Shown here in pieces: positions 56,586 to 64,000 of a DNA stretch of 64,000 nucleotides. The translations under genes and the position numbers were made by a program. The DNA is taken from contig JACPMR010000015.1 in the NCBI GenBank assembly GCA_016185945.1, positions 217,543-281,542 on the forward strand, in the 5' to 3' direction. The notes below the pieces were generated by a model that worked only from the letters and a program-made list of their open reading frames with translations, searched no databases and was not told the origin of the DNA. The DNA comes from Candidatus Woesearchaeota archaeon. Its GTDB lineage: Archaea; Nanobdellota; Nanobdellia; Woesearchaeales; GW2011-AR4. Numbering within the stretch: position 1 is the first letter of the stretch; each line of letters opens with the position of its first letter.

Positions 56586-56760
56586 TAGACTCACCTTCCC
56601 ACGTCTTTTGATAAAGGGGGATCAATCCAAATGCAAGCGTCATAAGATGGGGAATGACTTTCTCATCCATAATCATAAATAACAACAACTCGCCGCTCGT
56701 GGCTAACTGCACCCTAAAGGTGAGGTATTACGCCTCTCTCCAATAATAGGCGAGTTGTCG
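56586..56760. mobile_element. Possible IS200/IS605-family end remnant or structured RNA
   Basis: 10-bp stem acaactcgcc/ggcgagttgt encloses caccctaaaggtgagg, which recalls CCC-TAAA-GGG subterminal hairpins; no transposase present. Confidence 0.3.
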
Positions 56761-57184
56761 GGATTGAAAATTCAAGCTAAAGCATGAGGTGTCAAAACCG
56801 CAATTTACTATAATTTATTAACGGTTTTTGAGCATGCTCGGAAATCATAATGAATTATGTTAAGTTTGTGATTTCCGACATATTAAACCTTGAATTTTCA
56901 ATAATAATCTTTTGTCATCCACTATGCTAAGCCTCGCTTTGTTGTTTGAGTGCGATTTCTGTAAATTCTTCCCTTTCGTCTTAAAATCCTTTGCCATATA
57001 ATCAAACCTTGGAGTGGTTGTTGATATGACCACCTTTCCTTTTGCCCCTTTTAAGACCACTCCAAGCTGATTGTAACGGGGTTTTGGGTTGTTTTTCTAT
57101 TGCTAATGTAGGTATTTGAGGGAGGTAGTTGTATAATTTAAACACCCTGTGTTTTTATTATTATTGGGTAATAAATTTAGTGTA

Positions 57185-57380
57185 CCCTACACCATGTTTT
57201 CTACTGGAACTTCTTTTTTCTTATTATGGGTGTATAATATTTATTATTATATTTCTATATAGAAAAATAATAAAATAAATAAAAAAACAATAACAAACAA
57301 TAAACAACAGACATTTCCACACGAAACGAAGGGGTTGCACGAATAAAGCAAAACCTTAAATACCAGCATTTCGTTTGGAA
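57185..57380. other. Replication origin (oriC) with ORB elements and AT-rich unwinding element
   Basis: Minus-strand GTTCCAGTAGAAAACATGGTGTAGGG (57185-210), plus-strand TTTCCACACGAAACGAAGGGGT (57314-35) and minus-strand TTCCAAACGAAAT (57368-80). AT-rich spacer 57215-57305; immediately upstream of cdc6. Confidence 0.8.
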
Positions 57381-57384
57381 TCTT

Positions 57385-58593
57385 ATGATAGAAGGGGGTT
57401 TGGACGTGTTTTTTGAGGCGTTTTTGAGAAAAGATAGTGTTTTTTTTGAGAAAAGAACACTCCAAACCCCCTATATTCCCGAAATAATTCTTTACAGGGA
57501 AGAACAGACAAAACAGATAGCAAATATACTCGCACCCTCATTGAAGGGAGACAAACCCTCTAATATCTTTATTTACGGAAAGACGGGCACAGGCAAGACT
57601 TTGACAGTTAAGCACACCACAAAAAAATTAATGGAGGCGGCAGAAAGGGAAAACACACCACTAAAAATAATTTATGTTAACTGCAAACTGAAAAGAAGCG
57701 CAGACACGGAATACAGGCTGATTGCACATCTTGCAACAGAACTTGGTAAATCAATACCGCCCACGGGGCTGCCGACAGAAGAAGTGTACAAGGCTTTTCT
57801 AAGAGCACTAAACACACAAAAACAAAACTATATATTTGTTTTAGATGAAATAGACCAGCTAATCAACAAAACCGGCGACAACGTACTCTACAACCTGACA
57901 CGCATAAATGAAGAAGCCGCAGATTCGCAAATATCCATAATAGGAATATCAAACGACATCATGTTTGTCGACAACCTTGACCCAAGAGTCAGGTCCTCAC
58001 TTTCAGAAGAAGAGGTTGTTTTTCCGCCGTACAATGCTTTGCAAATTCAGGCAATACTAAGGCAAAGAGCAGAGATAGCATTCAACAAAGACGTTTTAGA
58101 GCAAGGAGTGATAGAGAAGTGCGCAGCTTATGCAGCCCGGGACCATGGCGATGCAAGAAGGGCGTTAGAGCTTTTAAGAGTTGCAGGCGAAGTTGCTGAC
58201 AGGAAAAATTCAAAAAAAATAACAATAGGGCATATAGACGAAGCAGAGGAAAAAATTGACAGGGACAGGATAATAGACATCATAACCACACAACCAAAGC
58301 AGTATCAACTTGTCTTATATTCAATACTTTCACTTAACCCCAACAGAAACAAAAATATGTTTACTGGGGAGGTTTACGAAGTGTATAAATCTTTATGCAG
58401 GAAAACAAACACGAGCATCTTAACACAGCGCCGCATTTCTGACATACTCTCTGAGTTTGATATGCTCGGCATAGTCAACGCAAAAGTAATATCAAAAGGA
58501 AGATACGGGAGGACAAGGGACATATCCCTGGGAATTTCAGAAGCAATTTTGCCAAAAATAAAAACCCTGCTAGAAGAGAACATGCGTGTTTAA
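57385..58593 (+). CDS. cdc6: Orc1/Cdc6 replication initiator
   Basis: GKTGTGKT, LDEID, LDPRVRSSL, FPPY, GDARRAL, winged-helix GRYGRTR. Confidence 0.97.
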   Translation: MIEGGLDVFFEAFLRKDSVFFEKRTLQTPYIPEIILYREEQTKQIANILAPSLKGDKPSNIFIYGKTGTGKTLTVKHTTKKLMEAAERENTPLKIIYVNCKLKRSADTEYRLIAHLATELGKSIPPTGLPTEEVYKAFLRALNTQKQNYIFVLDEIDQLINKTGDNVLYNLTRINEEAADSQISIIGISNDIMFVDNLDPRVRSSLSEEEVVFPPYNALQIQAILRQRAEIAFNKDVLEQGVIEKCAAYAARDHGDARRALELLRVAGEVADRKNSKKITIGHIDEAEEKIDRDRIIDIITTQPKQYQLVLYSILSLNPNRNKNMFTGEVYEVYKSLCRKTNTSILTQRRISDILSEFDMLGIVNAKVISKGRYGRTRDISLGISEAILPKIKTLLEENMRV

Positions 58594-58594
58594 C

Positions 58595-60097
58595 ATGCAA
58601 CAGGAAATTATTAAAAAGAAATTAGAAATTGTTGATATTTTTCTAAAGAGGGGGATTTTAGTAAGCTCAGATTTATTGAGCAAAATCAGCGACGAGAGCA
58701 TCACTAAGATAACAGATACATTAGAATCAAAACAAGTCAACTACGAGGCAATAGCGGATTTAGACATATATGGGCTAATCAGCGGACGGGAGAAACCAAA
58801 GACGGAAAATAAAGACACACAACAAAAAAACAACGAAAACGCCGTTAAGGTTGTAAGCTTATACAAAGAAGAGCCAAAAAAAAGAGAACCACAAGATTTT
58901 GTTGATTATTTCAACAACAGATACAAATCAGTGGAAAAAATTCTGAAGCAACATCAAGAACTCAAAAACACGGTTTCAATCAACAAGATACAAAACAAAC
59001 AAGAAAGAGAAAACCTCTCAATAATAGGAATAGTCAGCGACAAACAAACAACAAAAAATGGAAACTTGATACTCACACTTGAAGACCCAACCGGACAAAA
59101 AAGGATTATCATCAATAAAAACAAACCACAGCTGTTTAATGAAGCCAAAGACATAGTTCTGGATGAAGTGATAGGTGTTACAGGAGTGAACTCAGATACA
59201 ATAATGTTCATAAACAACATCATTTGGCCAGACATACCAACAAACAAAGAGCTGAAGAAATCAGATAATGAAAAATATGCCCTCTTCTTATCAGATATGC
59301 ACGTAGGCTCTTCAAAATTCTTGCCAGACGACTTTGAAAGATTCCTGAAATGGATAAACGGCGAAATCGGAAATGAGCAGCAAAAACACATTGCGAAAAA
59401 TATCGGCTACATTTTTATTGCAGGAGATTTAGTTGATGGGTGCGGCATATACCCAGAGCAGGATAAAGAACTTTTGATAAAGGATATTTACAAACAATAT
59501 AAAGAATGCGCAGAGCTCCTAAAACAAATCCCAAATCATATCCCTTTGATAATCTGCCCAGGGAATCACGACGCTTTACGCATATCAGAGCCACAGCCGC
59601 CTTTGTCAAAAGAATTTGCCAAGCCATTGCACGAAATGAACAACGTAGTTATGGTTTCAAACCCCTCTATAGTCAACATAGATTCCACAAACAACTTTAG
59701 CGGCTTTGACGTTTTAATGTACCACGGCTATTCTTTTGATTATTTTGTAGCAGAAGTTGATTCACTGAGAAATCAAGGGGGATATGACAGGGCAGATTCG
59801 ATAATGAAATTTTTATTAAAAAGAAGACATCTGGCACCCACACATTTGTCAACCTTATATGTACCAGATGCACTAAGAGACCCGCTAGTTATAGAGAAAG
59901 TACCAGACTTCTTTCTGAGCGGGCACATCCATAAGACAGCAACAGCAAACTATAGAAATATTACCTTAATATGTGGAAGCTGCTGGCAGAGCAAAACGGC
60001 ATTTCAAGAGAAAGTAGGGCACAACCCAGAGCCAAGCAGGGTGCCTATAGTAAACCTGCAAACGAGGGATGTTAAAATATTAAAATTTGAGCAATAA
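58595..60097 (+). CDS. polB: DNA polymerase D small subunit (DP1)
   Basis: OB fold (LEDPTG), SDMHVGS, AGDLVDG, PGNHD, YHG, GHIH. Confidence 0.96.
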   Translation: MQQEIIKKKLEIVDIFLKRGILVSSDLLSKISDESITKITDTLESKQVNYEAIADLDIYGLISGREKPKTENKDTQQKNNENAVKVVSLYKEEPKKREPQDFVDYFNNRYKSVEKILKQHQELKNTVSINKIQNKQERENLSIIGIVSDKQTTKNGNLILTLEDPTGQKRIIINKNKPQLFNEAKDIVLDEVIGVTGVNSDTIMFINNIIWPDIPTNKELKKSDNEKYALFLSDMHVGSSKFLPDDFERFLKWINGEIGNEQQKHIAKNIGYIFIAGDLVDGCGIYPEQDKELLIKDIYKQYKECAELLKQIPNHIPLIICPGNHDALRISEPQPPLSKEFAKPLHEMNNVVMVSNPSIVNIDSTNNFSGFDVLMYHGYSFDYFVAEVDSLRNQGGYDRADSIMKFLLKRRHLAPTHLSTLYVPDALRDPLVIEKVPDFFLSGHIHKTATANYRNITLICGSCWQSKTAFQEKVGHNPEPSRVPIVNLQTRDVKILKFEQ

Positions 60098-60107
60098 AAT
60101 CAATAAA

Positions 60108-63100
60108 ATGACGGAAGAAAACCACACAAAAGACACACAAGAAAAAGTGGACTACGCTTATAAAATTGCAAATGAAGCAAGAGCAAAAGGTTACGACCCA
60201 GAGGACACAGTCAGCATACTTCTTGCAAAAAATCTGGCAGAACGTGTAGAAGGATTGGTTAGCGTGGCAGCGCCACAAATAATGAACACAGGCATACCGC
60301 AAAGGATAAAAGAACTGGAAGGGGTTTACGGGAAGTTAGACTGGAGGGTTGCGCTTAGGATATCTTTAGAAACAGCGCAGGAAAAATTCTGCAAATTTGA
60401 AACTCAAAAAGAAGCTATTGAAACCGGAATAAGAATTGGGTTAGCATACCTGACGCTGGGTATTGTGGCATCACCGTTGGAGGGTTTTGTAGGATTAAAA
60501 CTTAAAAAAAGAATGGATGGAAAAGAGTATTTTGCTTTGATGTACTCCGGACCAATAAGGAGCGCAGGCGGAACAGCTGGAACAGTCAGCGTCATTATTG
60601 CAGATTATATACGCAAGTGCATGGGTTATGACGTCTACGATGCAACTGAGAGGGAGAGAAGAAGAATGGTTGCCGAGCTTTACGATTATCATGAAAGAGT
60701 CACCAATTTGCAATACTTGCCGAACGAAAGCGAGATCATGTTTCTTGTCAGCAATCTGCCAGTCCAAATAGATGGTGACGCATCCGAAGAAATGGAAGTT
60801 TCGAACTATAAGGATATAGAAAGAATAGAGACAAACAGGATAAGAAGCGGGCCCTGCCTTGTGCTCGGGGAATGCATAGCGCAAAAAGCAGCAAAAGTCT
60901 TGCCGCAGATTAAAAAATGGGGGAAAGAATTTGATTTAGAGCATTGGTTGTTCCTGCAGGAATTTGTACAGTTGCAAAAAGAAACAAAAACAAGAGAAAA
61001 ACGAGAAAAGAAAAAAATCACACCTAACTACACTTTTATACAGGATCTTGTTGCAGGCAGGCCTGTACTGACACACCCGCTGGCCGCTGGCGGCTTTCGC
61101 TTGAGATACGGAAGATGCAGAACATCAGGGTACTCGGCATCAGCAATACATCCGGCAACCATGATAATTCTCAACAAATACATAGCAATAGGCACTCAAC
61201 TAAAAGTTGAAAGGCCAGGGAAGGCAACAGCAGTTACATTGTGCGACTCAATAGAAGGACCAATTGTAAAATTAAATGATGAAAGCGTTGTTAAAGTTGA
61301 TACAGAACAAAAAGCAAGGGACGTAGCGCATTCTATCAAAGAAATTTTGTTTTTAGGCGACATACTAATAAATTATGGGGATTTTTTTAACAGAGCACAT
61401 GCATTGGCACCAGCAGGCTACTGCGAAGAATGGTGGGCACTTGAAGCGACAAAATCAATAATAAATCTGCTTGGCTCATTAGATTACGATAAATTATCAC
61501 AACTGACAGATATCGATGCAAACCATCTGGAAAAATTGACAAAAGACTTTTTTTTTGAGAAGCCGGACGGGAAAACAGCAATTACCCTAAGCAAGCTTCT
61601 CCAGATACCTTTGCACCCATACTACACATATCACTGGAGAACAATATCCAAAGAAGATTTTCTTGAGATGCTGAAATGGTTCAAAACAGCAAGAATAGAA
61701 TCTGACAAAAGTGGCGTAAACAAAATTGTACTGCCAAAAAACGAAGCTGCAAAAAGAGTTCTCGAATTGCTCGGGGTGCCACATATGTTTGTAAATAATG
61801 AATTTACAATAATAGAAAAGAATGATGCACTCGTGTTACACACATTGCTAAACCCCGACAAAGAGGATTCCCACAAACTATACGAGAAAATTGAAATAGA
61901 AAACCCATTAGACCTCATAAATCATTTTTCTGATGTAAAGATGAGAGACAAATCAGGCACATTTATCGGTGCAAGAATGGGCAGACCCGAAAAAGCCAAA
62001 GTCAGAAAGCTCGAAGGAGAGCCACATACATTATTCCCAATAGGCAAAGAAGGCGGCAAGCTGAGATCATTCCAAAGCGCAATGGATATAGGCTATGTTG
62101 AAGCAGAATTCCCGACATACTATTGCAAGCAATGCAAAAAAGAAACGATTTTTGGAGTATGCGAACAATGCAATGCAAGAACGCAAAAAATTGGAAATTG
62201 CAGCATATGCGGCTCAGTGGAGGGCGCTAAATGCAAACATGGCGAAGCTCCCCAGTATAAAGCACAAAGAATAGACATTAATTATTATTTTAAGAACATA
62301 TTAAAAAAAATTGCTATGCAGCAATACCCGGATTTAATAAAAGGAGTCAGAGGAACATCCAACAAGAGCCACATACCAGAGCATTTTGCAAAGGGCGTAT
62401 TGAGGGCTAAACACGACATACCAGTAAACAGAGACGGCACTACAAGGTACGATATGACTCAGCTTCCTATAACCCACTTTAAGCCCAAAGAGATAGAAAC
62501 TTCAGTTGAGGAGTTGCATAATCTCGGTTATCATAAAGACATGAATGGGGAAGATTTGACAAACCCTGAGCAAATTTTGGAGTTAAAGCCGCAAGACATC
62601 ATACTCCCAAAGTGCGAAGATGCACCAGAACCGGGCGCCCACAAAATACTTTTTAGTTTGAGCCTATTTATTGATGAACTTCTAACTTTATTATACGGCT
62701 TAAAAAAATTTTATAATTTAAGCTCAGAGAAAGACTTGGTTGGGCACTTGGTTGTTGCATTAGCGCCACACACATCAGCAGGCATAGTCGGCAGAATAAT
62801 AGGGTTTTCCAAAACACAGGCGTTGTATGCGCACCCAATGTTCCACGCAGCAACAAGAAGGGACTGTGATGGAGATGAAGCATCAGTCACATTATTGATG
62901 GATGTTTTGCTGAACTTTTCTAGACAATTTTTGCCTGACTCAAGGGGCTCAACGCAAGACGCACCTTTAGTTTTGACATCCAGGCTAATACCAACAGAAA
63001 TAGATGATATGGTATTTGACTTGGACGTAGTCAAGAATTACCCTCTTGAATTTTATGATGCCTCACAACAATACGAGATGCCGTGGAGCATAAAAATAGA

Positions 63101-63617
63101 AAGACTAGCTAACATACTGCTGGGCACAGAGCCCAACAATACACCAATAAAATATACACATCCGGTCGGCAATATCAACTCAGGCGTTAAGTGCTCATCT
63201 TATAAAACAATTCCCTCCATGGAAGACAAGCTGAAAGGACAGATGGAACTCGCTGACAAGATAAGGGCTGTCGATGCAGCAGACGTGGCTAGACTCGTCA
63301 TAGAAAAGCACCTTTTAAGGGACATCAGAGGCAACCTGAGAAAATTTTCAATGCAGCAGTTCAGATGCAGCAAATGTCCTGGGAAATACAGAAGACCACC
63401 ATTAACCGGAAAATGCCTAGCGTGCGGCGGCAGGCTAATCTTCACAGTCTCAGAGGGCACAATAACAAAGTACCTAGAGCCGGCAATTTCGCTATCAGAC
63501 AAATACAATCTTCCATCTTACTTGAGGCAAGTTCTAGAACTAACCAAAGACAGGGTCGAAGGTGTTTTTGGAAAAGAAAAAGACAAGCAGGAAGGACTGA
63601 ACAGGTGGTTTGGATAG
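60108..63617 (+). CDS. polC: DNA polymerase D large subunit (DP2)
   Basis: GPIRSAGGT, GGFRLRYGR, GARMGRPEK, RRDCDGDE, C-terminal Zn fingers; no intein apparent. Confidence 0.97.
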   Translation: MTEENHTKDTQEKVDYAYKIANEARAKGYDPEDTVSILLAKNLAERVEGLVSVAAPQIMNTGIPQRIKELEGVYGKLDWRVALRISLETAQEKFCKFETQKEAIETGIRIGLAYLTLGIVASPLEGFVGLKLKKRMDGKEYFALMYSGPIRSAGGTAGTVSVIIADYIRKCMGYDVYDATERERRRMVAELYDYHERVTNLQYLPNESEIMFLVSNLPVQIDGDASEEMEVSNYKDIERIETNRIRSGPCLVLGECIAQKAAKVLPQIKKWGKEFDLEHWLFLQEFVQLQKETKTREKREKKKITPNYTFIQDLVAGRPVLTHPLAAGGFRLRYGRCRTSGYSASAIHPATMIILNKYIAIGTQLKVERPGKATAVTLCDSIEGPIVKLNDESVVKVDTEQKARDVAHSIKEILFLGDILINYGDFFNRAHALAPAGYCEEWWALEATKSIINLLGSLDYDKLSQLTDIDANHLEKLTKDFFFEKPDGKTAITLSKLLQIPLHPYYTYHWRTISKEDFLEMLKWFKTARIESDKSGVNKIVLPKNEAAKRVLELLGVPHMFVNNEFTIIEKNDALVLHTLLNPDKEDSHKLYEKIEIENPLDLINHFSDVKMRDKSGTFIGARMGRPEKAKVRKLEGEPHTLFPIGKEGGKLRSFQSAMDIGYVEAEFPTYYCKQCKKETIFGVCEQCNARTQKIGNCSICGSVEGAKCKHGEAPQYKAQRIDINYYFKNILKKIAMQQYPDLIKGVRGTSNKSHIPEHFAKGVLRAKHDIPVNRDGTTRYDMTQLPITHFKPKEIETSVEELHNLGYHKDMNGEDLTNPEQILELKPQDIILPKCEDAPEPGAHKILFSLSLFIDELLTLLYGLKKFYNLSSEKDLVGHLVVALAPHTSAGIVGRIIGFSKTQALYAHPMFHAATRRDCDGDEASVTLLMDVLLNFSRQFLPDSRGSTQDAPLVLTSRLIPTEIDDMVFDLDVVKNYPLEFYDASQQYEMPWSIKIERLANILLGTEPNNTPIKYTHPVGNINSGVKCSSYKTIPSMEDKLKGQMELADKIRAVDAADVARLVIEKHLLRDIRGNLRKFSMQQFRCSKCPGKYRRPPLTGKCLACGGRLIFTVSEGTITKYLEPAISLSDKYNLPSYLRQVLELTKDRVEGVFGKEKDKQEGLNRWFG

Positions 63618-63754
63618 AAATTACATAACACAAAACAAAAAATTATTTTTCAATAAAAACAACTCTATAATAGAACCCAAAAAAACAAATAAGTCGTCAG
63701 ATAATTGCTTATTTTAATTAAATAGAATCAACAAAATAAACTAAATAACAAATC

Positions 63755-64000
63755 CTATATTTTCACCTTTACGACATTCTTTGCACCGCAGGCAGTGCAT
63801 TTCATGTAAGTCAAGCCCTCTTCTTTCATTATTGTCGTGTCGGGCTTGCCGCACTCAAAACAAAGCACAAATTCGTTCGCATACAACCTTATTTTTTCAT
63901 TAACTCTTGACGCAGAAACTTTTGTTCCTAAGATCAACGCACCGCTTTTCTTTATCTCGCCGGGCGTTGCCAATTCCTTAAGAACGTACTTGAGCAAATG
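63755..64000 (-). CDS. eif2b: Translation initiation factor aIF2 beta, C-terminal part (starts beyond the window)
   Basis: KELATPG, YANEFVLCFECGKPDT, CTACGA. Confidence 0.92.
   Translation of the reverse strand, partial: HLLKYVLKELATPGEIKKSGALILGTKVSASRVNEKIRLYANEFVLCFECGKPDTTIMKEEGLTYMKCTACGAKNVVKVKI

Noticed and set aside
56860-57060. 66-aa minus-strand ORF near the origin
   Set aside because: No recognisable motif, SD or context; cannot be supported as a gene.
57128-57143. Fifth copy of the GTTGTA operator near oriC
   Set aside because: Only the left half-site matches; the right half (tttaaa) does not.
57385-63617. Inteins in Cdc6, DP2 or RFC
   Set aside because: Lengths are normal, motifs are continuous, and no C/S...HN splice junctions or LAGLIDADG blocks were seen.
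339-63633. Numerous 60-190 aa ORFs antisense to or overlapping confident genes
   Set aside because: They are shadow ORFs of well-supported CDSs (F/S/L-rich from antisense codon bias) with no independent evidence.
1-64000. CRISPR array associated with the Cas4-like genes
   Set aside because: No regularly spaced 25-40 bp direct repeats with unique spacers were seen, and no cas1 or cas2.

Overview
This is a 64 kb chromosomal window from an archaeon. Evidence for that: archaeal ribosomal proteins (S4e, L14e, L19e, L32e, L34e), PolD, Cdc6, RFC, pelota and BRE/TATA promoters. The KKxQ/KKG class III signal peptides and overall gene repertoire suggest DPANN, probably Woesearchaeota (inference). Left to right it contains: (1) a peptidase cluster, tyrS, a solo Cas4, a PRC-barrel gene and rfcS; (2) a minus-strand cell-surface cluster (9.0-16.5 kb) of three paralogous lipoproteins, a 981-aa polytopic membrane protein carrying the same domain plus a C-terminal GH73-like peptidoglycan hydrolase, and a prepilin-like protein; (3) pelota, acs, trmB, chorismate mutase, split transketolase, a split membrane-anchored Cas4-like pair, transaldolase, and a low-GC Nmad3/MNT-HEPN islet with a four-copy palindromic operator array; (4) a 12 kb bacterial-type shikimate to Phe/Tyr operon ending in pheS-pheT, preceded by an unannotated 31-aa ORF with 8 Phe and 4 Tyr plus a hairpin, which looks like a leader-peptide attenuator; (5) the S10-spc-like ribosomal superoperon on the minus strand, lacking rnp1, adk and cmk at their usual slots; (6) a likely oriC with inverted ORBs before cdc6-DP1-DP2. 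Several GC-rich structured intergenic elements share modules and form a small mosaic repeat or ncRNA family. No CRISPR array, rRNA or recognisable tRNA was seen. All calls come from reading motifs by eye; no database searches were run.
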